Shown piece after piece: positions 11,387 to 24,666 of a stretch of DNA of 64,000 nt. Numbering within the stretch: the first letter of the stretch is position 1; every line of letters starts with the position of its first letter. The DNA lies in the NCBI GenBank assembly GCA_951406725.2, contig OX597830.1, positions 620,001-684,000 on the forward strand, written 5' to 3'. The translations under genes were made by a program, and so were the position numbers. Source of the DNA: Octopus vulgaris (taxonomy: Eukaryota). Below the pieces are notes generated by a model, which saw nothing but the letters and a program-made list of their open reading frames with translations, was not told the origin of the DNA and searched no databases.

Positions 11387-14080
11387 TTATATATATAAAA
11401 CTGAGAATGTGTGTCCCTCTGTCTGTCTGTCTGTCTGTCTGTCTGTGTGCTTCCCTAAAACTTGAGAACTACACAACCAATTCTATTCAAATTTTACACA
11501 TGCCTTACTTAGGGTCCATGTAGTTTCATGGGCAAAAAAATGTTCAACTTCTTGCCTAGAGCGAGCCCATAGCAATGTCATATCTTCTCCACTATTTCAG
11601 TATTACGTGTTAAAAGTGAAACAAAAACGTTTCTCTATTTTATGTCAGATACTTTTACTTTCACAATAAAAATAATAATAACAATTGAATTATATGTAGT
11701 AAGTAATAATGAAAATCAAACCAAAGTATAATGTAATCGAAACATAACAAATGTAAAAATAGCAATTGATATAAAATTGCATCAATGATTTGAACTTGAA
11801 TAAGTGGTTTCACATGAATGGGAATAAATTAAAAATAAAATTAGCGTGCAGAAATGGAATAGTCCAGATGGATAATAAAAAATTAAATTAAAGAAAAGAC
11901 TATTGTCTATAAAGTATACAATGTAGAGAAAAAAGGTCGCGTTTTTTTGCGCTCTGTAAAATTCGGTTAAAAAAGAAAAAAAACAAACAACAAAAAGTGA
12001 ATTGTGGTTGCGGAATTGGAACGTCGGTTGGTGCGGTTTCGCGTCGCACTGGTTCTGTGCGTCGCACGTTTTCTGTTCGGGAGGCCGTTTTTCGGTTTGA
12101 GGCGACTATAAGCCGCCTCTACCAAACGGATGAGATGGAAGGGAGAAATTTCTCTGAAAATTCGTCGACATCTGAGGAGGAGTTGGCGGTGAAAAAAATG
12201 GAAAGCACCTATGCAGGTATAACGAAGAAGTCAACAGAAAAAGAGATAGACCTGGCTAAGTTGACGGACTTCCAGGAGTTCATGAAGGAGGAGGAGAACG
12301 GAGAGGTTGAGCTGTTGCCTCTAGCAGGGCGCGGAGACTGGTTCCATCGTAGAACCATTAAATATAAAGTATTTATGAATGGAGGTAGAAAAATGGAAGT
12401 GATTAACATGGAAGCAATTGAAGAGGCTTTCAAACGGACAGGAGAAGAAATTGTGTACATGACAAAAGGATTAGAATATGGAACCATAACGGTACAATTT
12501 AAAAGTGAGAAAGCAGCCAGGAATATAGCAGCCAAGGTGGTGAGTACAGAAAAGTTTTACTTGTTCCCCTCGTATTTGAATAGAAGGACCACCAGAATTA
12601 GGGTGGAAGGAATACCTCCACACCTAGAGGGCGAATTAATAACGGCTGCGGTTATCAAAGGAAATGAAGATAAAGTGGACATCCTCCACGCCATTATGAA
12701 ATATGAAGGCGTGAGAGGTGCCACACTAGTAATGAACATACAGACGGAGGCGGAAGTTATAGAAAAGCTTACGGACAGTATAAAAACTGGAAATATTATT
12801 ATGAGAGTGTGGGTGGAGTGTAGGGCGCCCAGGTGCTACAAGTGTGGCATGAGGGGTCACATAAGAGCCTACTGCCCTCCACCACTAAAGGAAAAAGAAA
12901 AAGGAAATCGTCGCGGAAGCCCCAAAAGAGGAAGAAACCAAAGAGAACCAAAGAGAAAAAGAAACGACAGAAGAAGAGGAGATGCAACAAGAGTGGGAAG
13001 AAGGAAGAAAAAAGAGAAAAAGAAAGAAAAAGAAAAACTGTGCGAAGCCCCAACCCACCCCAACACCACCCGCACCCTCTGAATCCCACCCTTCCCCTGT
13101 AGACAGTGAACCCACCCGCTCCCCTCCAACAAGAAAACAAAAGAAAAATAACAATACAGACAGACAAGAGTTTGAAAACGAACCCAAGCCGAACATTTAT
13201 ATTGTGACTGAACAGAAAGAGGTTGAAAGGGTAATGGAGGAGTATGAATGGTATGAAATGGATGGGACCAGATATGCAGTGCTGGAAAAGAAGAATATAG
13301 ATGAGTTTGTGTTGAGGTGTGAAAGGGAGAATTGGGAGGTGAAAGATACAAGAATGAGCGATGAATTCGTGGAATATATGGAGGACAGTTTCGGAGTAAG
13401 AATGGATATGGATGGTCTTCGTATTGGGAATGAACATTCAGGTGACAGTGAAAACAAAAGGACAGGTAAGTGATGCTGGCGGAGGGGGCCGTTAGCATCG
13501 CTTTCATATTATCATTTTTTCATTTTCATTTGCTCATAAATTTAATCATATTGTTCTATGTCCCCCATGTTTTGTTATGTCCGCCATTCTTCGTAGCCCC
13601 TGGTGGGTAATAAATAAATAACATGGAGGAAAGCACCTTCGAAAAGTGTCTTGGTGCGACTATGGTATCTAATCATATGCGGTAAATTCGCCACAATAGA
13701 AGCAAGGGGGTACTCGACTCGAACATGCAAAGTGGAAATATTTTACTCTTACCTTTATATCTGGAACGTAGGACGTTCCAGAAAACAATTTAAAATGCCC
13801 CCCCCCCAGAAGTAGAGGTGGGCTGGATTGTAGCCACACTTCTATACAAGAGGAAGGACAAGATACAATTGATCGAAATTACAAGAGACGGGCTAACAAT
13901 TCCAGTCTGTTATATATTTTGAGTATTGTTATCACTAACGATATCAAGATATAACTTTGTATTTTGTATTATATGTGTAGATGTATATATATAGATGTAC
14001 ATGTAATATGTACACATATATATACACATATATACATGCACTAGCACTATGACCCGGCAACGACGGGTCTTTAATGCTAG
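11384..14080 (+). mobile_element. Non-autonomous Helitron interrupted by an ORF1-only element
   Basis: A|TC at 11384 followed by tatatataaaactgagaatgtgtg and (ctgt)n; 3' hairpin gacccg-gcaacga-cgggtc (14051-14069), then CTAG|T at 14077-14080; (TA)n on both sides. Confidence 0.65.
11918..13620 (+). mobile_element. Diverged dispersed copy (second subfamily) of the ORF1-only element
   Basis: Colinear with the array units from the 5' UTR (gctctgtaaaattcggtt) to the tail (ttcttcgtagcccctggtgggtaataaa). ORF ~12135-13473 with CYKCGMRGHIRAYC and one frameshift near 12900; ends KRTGK*. Confidence 0.8.
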
Positions 14081-14127
<47 letters not shown>

Positions 14128-14799
14128 CTGTATGTATGTATATATGTGTGTATTACGTATATTATATGTTCATTTGCCGAATTTCTCCTTTCATGTTTAC
14201 TTACCTTCCTAAATTCGAAATCAATGTTGCATCGAGTTCGTTTGATTTGCCCGAAATACTTTAGTTATTCATTTGATTTATTTTCGAATATGGCAAAGAA
14301 TGAGATTATCTCAAGAAGGGGAATCATGTGCCCTCCCTAACAAGCATTATATTTCGCTATTGCCTCGGCAGTTTTATATTAATATTAAAATAATCAAAAG
14401 ACCATTCAAGCAATAAAATGTCTTCTCTGGATATATAATAAGGGTTTGAAATTGCGTTCATTTAAAAGATTTATCTTTCAACATTAGTGAAGCAAATGAA
14501 AATAAGAAAAGCACAAAAACGGGAAGACAATACGAAATGACAAAAATCGACGAAATAAAAACCTGAAAATTTGTTTCATAACAACAATTGAGATATGCTC
14601 TGTGAAATGTGTTTGCTGGTGCAGTGAAAATTGTATAGGATTTATAAAAGAAAACATGTTGGCTTGTGGGTTTACACAGAGAATGCTGCTAAGGATGTGA
14701 GTCACACTGTCGACTCCCACACATCTGCAAACGTTCGTTGCAATTGTGTGGTACGTATTCTTTGTAATTGAGTTAGTATACAATGCCTGATCCTAGGCA

Positions 14800-15595
14800 G
14801 CAATGATTAGACTTTCACTCTTTTGTTAAGCCACACCCATGATACTTATTGTCTTTTAAGTTGTTAGATTCACGGTGGAACTGAGCATGTAATTCCATGC
14901 CGTGTAGTGTCCCTCATGTTAGCACTTTCGATTCCATTGTTGGTAAATCCTTCTCCATTAGCAGCGTACTGTAGCAGGCTCTTTATGCTGTTTGCCAAAT
15001 ACGTTGTCACATTTCTTTCTTTACTGTCCATGCACTTTTGTACACATAGCAGACCACCGCCATCTTTATCCCTCTCCATGTACAGCCTCTGTAAATTCAC
15101 TTTAGGGTGGAGGGCTCCATGCATTTTCATCGTCTTTCGGGTAGTGTGACCGAGTTGGTCAATTTCTGCTCGTGTCCATTTAAGAATGGGTTCATTTTTA
15201 AGAACAACAGCAAATATTCATATTCGAGACTGACAAGGTGTGAGAGCACCGAAGGCCGGAGATACGTAGCCTTTCATAGGCACAAGCAATGGTGCCCAAT
15301 AATTTACATGGCAATGCCAGAGAACCACATAGTGTCATGAAAGAAAGAGAAAAGGTCGACAAATATGGAGACCGAAAAATTGAGATCGCCAAGATGTGGT
15401 AGCTCTAAGAGTAACATTTAAAGCTTGTCCCTGCTACCATCGGAGCATTGGGTCCAATACCACTCAAGAAGAAGAATCATCTAAATACCTCGAAAAATAA
15501 GAGGTGTTACCTTAGTTCACTGGTAGTGAACAGCTGACACTGTATTACATCTCCAGCTTTAGAAGCTGTGCAAAGGCAATAATAATAATAATAAT
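14800..15595. mobile_element. Degenerate R4/Dong-type (RLE) LINE remnant in two opposite-strand pieces, ending in (TAA)n
   Basis: Minus strand: MHGALHPKVNLQRLYMERDKDGGGLL. Plus strand from ~15300: EREKVDKYGD..IEIAKMW...VPATIGALG restriction-like endonuclease end, then 3' UTR gaagctgtgcaaaggc(aat)n. Confidence 0.7.
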
Positions 15596-15624
15596 GATTT
15601 CTTTTATAAATAATGGTGGGCTAC

Positions 15625-15970
15625 AGCAAATACTCTGCTCAATACCACGGATTTGGTTGTCAGTTGTTTGACCTTAACCAGTTGAGTATGTCCCTTAGTG
15701 GTTGGCGCTTTGCGCAGCACTGATCAGGAGCAGGAGTAGTAGGGGAGCATCAAAACCCTATGTTGAGAGGAATTCTTTGGGGTTTGAATAATTCACCTCT
15801 GCAAACATGGGAGTTTTGTTCAACATCCTTAAACAACCCTTATTCATGGACCTTTTGAGCGGGATGGGCTACTCGACCCGAAGAAAATATAACTGGGCCC
15901 CACCTACAAGGTCATGCGCCGTTTATCTTGATATACGATCACCATGTCGCGCACATATGTTTGTGATGCA
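15625..15970. repeat. Dispersed repeat, unclassified; second copy at ~19045-19490
   Basis: Shared blocks such as taccac.g.tttg.ttgtcagttgtttga, gaattctttg.ggtttgaat.attcacc, ttgagcgggatgggctactcga and gcgcacatatgtttgt. Confidence 0.7.
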
Positions 15971-16680
15971 TACATACATACATCCATACACCAAACATAC
16001 ATACATACATACATACATACACCAAACATACAAATATAAACACACATATGTATGAAGTATTTAGAACTACAAATCTTCACGGGACTATGACAAATTAAAT
16101 CTTTCACCTAAATTTTCAAAAAGGCTTAAACTCGAAGCATTTTATATATTTTCAAAGTTCTGAACTTGATTTGTAAAGCGAATAAAAATATTTGTTCGTG
16201 GAAGCTTCTTTCTTTCTGTTTTGTCTGAGAAATCCTATTTGTTCACGAAACATCTTGAGACAGTTTATGAGCTGCGCATCATTAAATGTCAGATGCAGTA
16301 TTTAAGACAAAATATTACCCTGTAGAAGTAATAAATACAAATCTCTCGCTCTCCCTCTTCCACTCTTTCTGTCACTATGTAAAAAGACACAGATACGCAT
16401 ACATTTTAACACTACTTTCTTTCACACACAATCAAACGCAGATATATTCTCACTCACTCAAATGCACATATAGAGGCACACACGGAAATACTGCGGTTAT
16501 CAGTTGTTATAAAGAATGCATCTAGAGAGCACTAGTTATAGTGACATATTGATTATTATATAATTAGAATGTGTTTCATTCAGTTTCTTAATTCTTTAAA
16601 CGTAGCAAATCTTCTTTATACCATTGTTGAGGAAGGAAAGGATAAATTTTTCACAACAACAATGGACTAGATGTATTCAT

Positions 16681-17067
16681 TCTACTCTAGACACAAGGCC
16701 CAAAATTTTTGGGGAGGGGGCAGTCGATTAAATCGACCCCAGTACGCAACTGGTACTTAATTTCTCGATTCTGAAATGATGAAAAGCAAAGCAAACCTCG
16801 GCGGAATTTGAACTCAGAAAGTAAAGACAGACGAAATACCTATTTCTTTACTACCCACAAGGGACTAAACACAGAGAGGTCAAACATGGACAGACAGACG
16901 GATTAAGTCGACTATATCGACCCCAGTGCGTAACTGGTACTTATTTAATTGACCCCGAAGGAATGAAAGGCAAAGGCGACCTCGGCGGAATTTGAACTCA
17001 GAACGTAACGGCAAACGAAATACGTCTAAGCATTTCGGCCGGCGTGCTAACGATTCTGCCAGCTCGC
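16681..17067 (-). mobile_element. Two abutting tRNA-derived SINE copies (head-to-tail) with a Meta/Sauria-like central domain
   Basis: Reverse complement gcgagctggcagaatcgttagcacgcc...gagttcaaattccgcc (A/B-box-like) followed by gcctttcattccttcggggtc...aataagtaccagtt. Copy 16842-17067 ends ctctgtgtttagtcccttgtgggtagtaaagaaat; copy 16681-16841 has a different tail. Confidence 0.8.
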
Positions 17068-18960
17068 AACTTTGATGGACTTAATGTATTACATTATTTA
17101 GTCAATCAACTATATATTGTCTGTCAATGATGCAACACCCGGGGACCAGGGCATGAAGTGTTGTGTTGCTTTAGCATACTTCAATCTGTAACCAGTAAAC
17201 TTATAATCAAATTCCTGCTATCTGTAACCATCACGTTTCACTAGAAATATTCCAGAATATATTTCTACACAAAGACGATTATGATATGGTTTCTACTTTT
17301 AGTGTTGGTGGTCTAAAATTAATAGGAATTAATAATGTAGAAGGCACTGCTGATTACAAACATGAGGCACAGTACAAATGTAGATACGGGTCTATGAATG
17401 AATGTTCATTCACAGTTAAAATCTGATAAATACTAAATTAAAACGGAATTCACATGCTATAAATATCAGAAATTTCTTCACATCATTAGGGTTATGACTG
17501 TTTAGTGGGAAGGTCTTCTGTAAGGCCAGAAAGCTGGTCTACATATCTATGTTTATATTTTCTAAGAATTACATTTTGATATTTGTTGAGTTTCACTGTC
17601 AATACATATTTGTCTATTCCCAGCAGAAATTGATTTTTCCCTGCAGTAAAGTCGACAACTTTCTCAGTAATGTTCTTTTACTAAGGTTGATCTGAGCGAG
17701 TCTATGCATTAGCGACGTTGATCTGACTCTAGCAATGTGTTCATAACAGACGTCCGCACAAGAATATCTTTCAAGAAGCGCAGTATCCTTTCACAATAAA
17801 CTTCAGCGCTACATCTCACCGGAATAGAGTGAGAGTCATCATTAGTTTTTTACATACATAAACATATATACATACATGCATATATACATGTCTGTATACA
17901 CACACACACACAACAACAAATGGGGTCTAAATATGCTGGATAGACAAAACTCATAAGAGCACTCAAATGATTTGAACTTAGACAGATCACAAACGTACAG
18001 AGAGACAAAGAATTAAAGAGGAGATGGCATGGCGTACAGGTCCGACATCTGTTTCTAGGGTCTCAGTATTAGTTCATAATTTTGGCAGATGTAGTTAAAA
18101 AAATATACAAGCATATAAACATTGGGTAGATCCAGCTTCCGCCTTCAGAGTGGAAAGATAGATATCCTACAAGTGTGGATATACTCTTTAACTGCGTGAC
18201 CGGTTCATGTATCACGTGACTTAGTCTCGTCTTCACCTTTAAAGGAACACATACTGTACGACACAGCATTCTTTACTCCAGTATAAGAGTTTTCATTTAT
18301 AATATCTATCACGTTTATTTCCACTTCAAGCTTGGATAGAAAATAAAGACACTGTTGTCTTAACAAAGCACAAGTTCGTAACTCATCTCTTACTCTCTCT
18401 GATAGATTTCTGCAGCCCGGCGCTTGTGTCGTCGATAAAATAGAAGCAAGTGTTAGTATTTTCTGTAAAAGGACTTTTTTGTTTTCGTTACAAACAATCT
18501 TTAACACGGATGGCATTTTTGTCTGTGGTAAACTATACATGTAAAATATTTCCACACAAAATACTCAAACTGGATGTAAGAATATTGTTTTGATTATGTT
18601 CTTCGTCACCATTAATATTTTGCGTCGCAATGAATTTACGAAATTATCGCTTTCTGTTCGTGAAATGTGTTAGTAAGTCTATTTTACAGAGTTTTATTAA
18701 TTTATTTTTGTGGGGATAACACCGATAATTTGAAGCCATTTTCGTGTGTAGTTAGGCTGACGATGCTTATGAACTTTTCATAAAAGAATTAATTTAATTT
18801 GTTTTGCTAAACAATATAGAAGAAAACACCAATTTTTATGAAGAATTCTTTCTCCCAGTTGCTCGTTGAAATATATATTTCATCGTGTAAAACCTTTGAA
18901 GAACGCATTGTAAACGATGTTAGCAGTGAGCACGCTACTACCACCACCACCACCACCACC

Positions 18961-18997
<37 letters not shown>

Positions 18998-19044
18998 GTA
19001 TTTTTAAGTGATTGGAAGAGCTACCATGTACATATTTTATCTTG

Positions 19045-19490
19045 TTAAATATTCTGATCAGTACCACAGGTTTGCTTGTCAGTTGTTTGAATATGACCAG
19101 TTGGGCAAGTTCCTTAACGGCTGATGATATGTGCATCTCTATTCCCGAGCAAAAGTAGTGGGGCAGCATCATAGCCATGTGTTGATAGAAATTCTTTGTG
19201 GTTTGAATTATTCACCCCTGGAAACATGGGTATTTCGTTCCGAATCCTCAAACAGCCCTTTTGAGCGGGATGGGCTACTCGATCTGGTAAAAGTTCAAGT
19301 GGGACCCACCTGCAAGGTCTTGCGCTGTTTATCTTAATATGAGATCACCGTGTAGCGCACATATGTTTGTAATGAACGTGCCTGTTGTACTCTTATCAGA
19401 CGGGTAGTCATGATGGGCGTATTGGGTTTCGTATATTTGTACCCAAGTATCCCTTTGATGGCATGCGCTGACCACTTATTGAATAACATC
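19045..19490. repeat. Dispersed repeat, same family as 15625-15970
   Basis: Direct alignment by eye with the 15.6-kb copy. Confidence 0.7.
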
Positions 19491-19529
19491 ATCGACAAGA
19501 GTAAAATATTCGAAGTAAAATAATGCCTT

Positions 19530-19720
19530 ATTTACATTACTTATATTCGACGAATATTTGTCCTCATCTAGTTTGTTGTTAACACAGCATTTCGGCTGTT
19601 ATACCCTCCAGCCATTTTCAGGTGTCTTGGGGAAATTTCGAACCTGGGTTCTCATTCCTAAGGTATTTTTCGATGTTCGAATGTAAATAATGTACATAAT
19701 TCATCTCTTAAATATAGAAC
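19530..19720 (-). mobile_element. Penelope-type pLTR fragment with a degenerate hammerhead motif (19581-19626)
   Basis: Reverse complement acac-CTGAAAA-tggctg-gagggtataa-cagcc-GAAA-tgct-gtgt. Stems I and II pair; the core and stem III are mutated. Confidence 0.5.
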
Positions 19721-20381
19721 TGTAAAAGGATGTCGTTTGTAACGAACAATCTGTCATTTCCAGAATGAACATGATGATGACCTACAAGGAAGATTATATA
19801 TTGGACTTGATCTTCTAGAAATAGCAGTCAAATACGCTTTTTTGTATTAAGAGAAAAAATGTGCGTTGAATAGTCCATCGACTTTCTGTAGGGGAAGAAC
19901 AACACAAATAGCTGCATGATTATGGCGGGTCTATCTTTGATGATAGGGGAAGGTTGGATTAGAATTAGGTAATAAAAGCATCAACGACAACAACAGCAAC
20001 TACGAAAACAATAACACACTACATTCTGCTTCGGTAATTCTGAGGGATGAATTAACATTCTGTACCTCGTTTACTTGTATTAAATGGATTAAAGGAAAAT
20101 AAAAAAAGAACAGCAACAGCAAATAATATCAAATGAAATAAATGAATATAATTTATTCGCCAACAAATAGAATTTTGCATCTTCTTTGCGATAAACTTAG
20201 AATTCCAAATAAATGCACGACATGAAAGTTCCTTTTATCGCCGTAACTTCTAAGAAAAAGTAACCTTGAAGTAAAATAAAAGTTCACAGCACGAAACACA
20301 TAAAATAGAATACAAAATATTCCTATCTCCCTTTTCTTTCTTTCTTTCTCTCCCTAATATATATGTATGTATATATGTATG

Positions 20382-20419
<38 letters not shown>

Positions 20420-21082
20420 AATTTACGTTCACATATAACCATCTTTTGTATATTACTCTACCCTTTTCCCTATTGCTCTTCTTTCCAAGTCTTTCTCTCT
20501 CTCTCTCTCTCCCTACTCTTTTATGTCACGCTCCTCCTGTGTAAATCTGTAACTCATTTCCGTACATCTCCTCCTCCTTCTCTTGTGTTCCTCAGTCTCC
20601 CTTTTATAACTCACCCTCTCAAATATATATTTCTCACACACACACACACACATGCATACAGGCACACGCACATACACAACCACATGTACACTCACGTATT
20701 CATTCTCGCATTTTCCCTCTCACTTTCCAATCTCTTTCTTTCTTTCTTATTGTGTTCTCTTTTGTTATTTCCATAGTTAATCCTTAAAACGTTGTTTCAT
20801 CTTCGTTTCACAAACAGCTGCAAATGTCTCTTATTCACATTAGTTATCTAAACAATTCTTGCTTCTAGCCTTCTTCGGCGCATTTCTCCCACCTTATCTC
20901 AACGCACTCAGTCAGAGAGACTGCATTCAAATTAATATTTCATAGTATCTCCACCAACTCCCTCTCTTCTCTTATTTTCTCTCTCTCTCTCACACACACA
21001 CATATATGTTTATCAGAAACCATATTCAACATACATATGCATGTATGTACATAATTATATAAGCGCTATACATGACGACATA

Positions 21083-21176
<94 letters not shown>

Positions 21177-22374
21177 TGCATATGCGTATATATATGCGTG
21201 TATGAATACGTTATCTGATTCTTATTTGGACTGGAAGACTTTCATTTTTTTGGCACGTTAATCCTATAAATAAATCAAACTGATCCATAGCTTAAGATTA
21301 TCGTAAATTCTCAGAAGATGATTGTAAAAAATGTTTAAATTATGTTTCTTCATTTTTCTCTTCAATCAAATTTTTCCAATATCTGGACAATTGTCTCACA
21401 TTGAATATTACGATTTTCTTTTGTTTTTGTGTTAGTGCGGTTTACTTTTGTTTGCATAATAACATATGAAGACTGAAATAATATTTGTGATATATTTTGC
21501 AATTCGTTTCCACAGCTAACACGTCTCCAAATGGTTTCCGAAAAAATGGTGATGCTTCTTTATAAGTCTAATCATGTAATTCTGAAATAAGTTCTGAACC
21601 ATTTGTTTAAGCTGGAATGGGTAGTTTTGTGGGTCAAATAATGTTTTTATACGGATTAGAATGAAAAGGTACTGCAGTGCATTCATGATTTGAAGGAACT
21701 TCCAGACAGGTCAGGCAAGAGAAAGAAAGCACTTGATTTTTGGCTTATAAGAAACATCTAATGTCGCTCAAAAACTGATATTTTGGTGAAAATCCATGAA
21801 ACATCATATAATACGTACGTTGGTCAAATTTTATTGATGCTGTTTGTTTATGGGATTGTCTAATATGGCTGTGAAAGTCTGTAACGTCTTCCTAGTTCTG
21901 CGCAAAAGGATCCGACTGAAGGATTAAATGTTTTCAGCAGAAAATTTTTCATCTGTTTCGTACCGATACAATAATGTGATGCTTGTTATATAACGATAGA
22001 GGAATAAATGTAATGCTGGACTGTATTGATAGAATTGGGAAATATCGGAGACCGAAATGCATCTTCCTTTATTCGGCTGGTTAACATGGATTCAGCCAGG
22101 ACTGAAATGGAACATCTCAACGAATAAGTACTGGATAATATGGAGTCGGAGTAGAAACGGTAGTAGCACTAGTAGTAGTATCACTGATAATCATAGTGGT
22201 GGTGGCATTTGCGGTACTTTGGTGTCAGTAGTAGCAGAGACAGTGGTAGGTAAGATGGTAGTAGTGGTGGTGGTTATGGTTGTAGTAGTAGTGGTCGTAG
22301 TTGGATAAGTAGTGGTGGTGGTAGTTGTGACAGTGGTAGTTGTAGTAGTTATATTTGCAGTAGTAGTGTTGTCT

Positions 22375-22375
<1 letters not shown>

Positions 22376-22432
<57 letters not shown>
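22376..22432 (+). repeat. (GTA)n microsatellite within a GTN-rich low-complexity tract
   Basis: Direct reading. Confidence 0.95.
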
Positions 22433-22434
<2 letters not shown>

Positions 22435-22477
22435 TTCGTAAAAGTAGTATGCGCCATATTGTCGGATCGATTAGAAA

Positions 22478-22655
22478 GAGCTGGCAGAACTGTTCGCACG
22501 CCGGGCAAAATACGTCGCGGTATTTAGTCCATCTTTACGCTCTGGGTTCGACTTTTCCTTTTATGCTTCCAGGGTCGATAGAATAAGTAAAGAGTGGGGT
22601 CGATGTAATCTCTCACCCGAAATAGCTGACCTTGTGCAAAAATTTGAAACTAATA
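22478..22655 (+). mobile_element. Degenerate tRNA-derived SINE, same family as 16.7-17.1 kb
   Basis: gagctggcagaactgttcgcacgccgggcaaaat...gggtcgatagaataag...ggggtcgatgtaatc...aaaatttgaaac. Confidence 0.65.
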
Positions 22656-23974
22656 TTCACTAATTGGCAGCGGCATTTCAATGTCCATGAGAATTAACTT
22701 TTCTATTTTTTCCGAGTCTCTAATTTCTAATTCTTTTCACATCAAATTCGCCTTCGAATCGCATCAGAAAACATACTATGACTTATTTCTTCTGCTTGTT
22801 TAAAACACTAAGTTCAAATATCCCTGACATCCATTTTGCCCGACTCGGGGTCGTTGAAAGAAAGTATTAGCCAATAATAAAGTCAGCGAGCTGGTAGAAT
22901 CGTTTTTCAGAATATTCCTCAAATTATCTTCACGTCTTTTTACATTGAAAAACCACACCTGTTTGGATTTCCAATATGTACGTGTTGTTCATAAAAAAAA
23001 AAGAAGTCTTAGTTACTACAGTATTTAGTATTATCATTCAGTGCCACGTGCGCTATTTCGATATGTAGAAATTTTTTTCACTGAGAGTAACTATTCTAAT
23101 ATAAAACGAAAAGACTCAGTGATTGACTGGATTATGTAAAATGCTCTACAATTTTATTAGTGCGACATTTTTCTCGGGAACAGAACGAATACATTTAGTG
23201 TCTTTATTGAATCCTTCAAGAGGGATTCTCAAAGTAACAATTGCTACATCAATATTGTGGCCAATCAAATTAACTGCTTTTGACTGTGAGATATAAAAGA
23301 TGATAGAGTTCCGCAAGTTCTGGCTGGAGTAAAGTTTAATGATTCAATAAAATGAGATGAAAATGCAATTGTGACATCATTTATTCGTTGAATGGAAAAG
23401 GATTTTCTGAAAACAGAAGCTTAAAATGAAACAAAGGAAAGAATAATTTTGTGTGATACCTCTAAAAGAATCAAAACAAAACGATGGAATAATTACTCAA
23501 TAAGTGAGGGACTCTATAAAGCAATTAATCAAACAGATAATGTTGCTAACAAGATTGACTGAGATTGAAAGAATTCTATTTTTCATTCCTGCAGTGTTGT
23601 GACAAGTGTTTTTAAAAAACCGTACATGATCAGGTCTATTAAGGAGTTTAAAATAGACTGACTAGAAATATAGTGACCTGGATAGTGTAATGATGTTCGA
23701 GATGTTTCTAAACGCTGTCAGATTAAATCCATACCAAAGCTAGAAAGTGTACTCGGCCACTTAAAGAAAAATTAAGATCACAAATAGAGCATGTTTGGGT
23801 TCCCGGATTATCTTTATTACCGTGGTGCTGCATGCGTTTTGTATGATAACGTCAAGTGACCTAAATTACGGTGATAACTTAATGAAAACCGTTTGAATTG
23901 GCTGTTTAATCTGGGTTACAAGATTTTCCTTCTATTTCATATCTTGTAAATTTCGTTATTATCGTAAAGAGTGG

Positions 23975-24310
23975 AGACCTGGGAGAATTGTTAGCAGGCC
24001 GGGCAAAATGTTGAGCTAAAATAAGTATCTGTTGAGCACTGGGTCGAACAAATCGACTTGGCCTTCCTCCGAAATCGCTGGCCATATTTGACACCATTAT
24101 CAATATTGAGGTGGCAAACTGTGACAATCTTCAGCACGCCGAACAAAATGCTGAGCGGTATATCTTCCGGCTTTACATTCTGAGTTCCATTGTCGCTGAG
24201 GACTATATTCTGAGTCGATGAAATAAATACCAGTTGAGCACTAGGATCGATGTAATCAATTATACTCCACCCCGAAATTGCTGGACGCGTGACAAAATTT
24301 GAAATCATTA
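23975..24310 (+). mobile_element. Degenerate SINE copies (tandem or dimeric)
   Basis: gaattgttagcaggccgggcaaaatg...aataagtatctgttgagcactgggtcga, then a second cagcacgccgaacaaaatg...taccagttgagcactaggatcgatgtaatc...aaaatttgaaa. Confidence 0.6.
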
Positions 24311-24666
24311 ATATTATTATTATTCCTTCGTAACACAGTGTAGGTAAAAATGCACCGGAGTTTTTAGTCATCTTTCAAGTCGCAACAAGAAACTCAGACA
24401 GATAATACTTTCCTTAAGATGTACGTCGTGCCCAATAAGGCTGCTTTTGTTGTTTTTTTCTTTTTATTCATAGTTGTCAGGTGGCTATTTGTACCAGTTT
24501 TCCTTGCTTCTGAATTAGGTATTTCTGTAATACTATAGTGGTTATTTTATAATAGCTTTCTAACTGCATAAGACTCTACCACCTTCAATACGTTAAACAT
24601 CCATCCATCCATATATACAAATATATATATACATACATACAAATATATATATATATATATATATAT

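Noticed and set aside
19380-19450. Minus-strand cgaaac...ctgataag possible type II hammerhead
   Set aside because: The core deviates from CUGANGA and the stems could not be paired.
22057-22527. Thr- or Val-rich mucin-like ORFs (also 18807-19178, 39917-40331, 53034-53628)
   Set aside because: Trinucleotide microsatellite translations.
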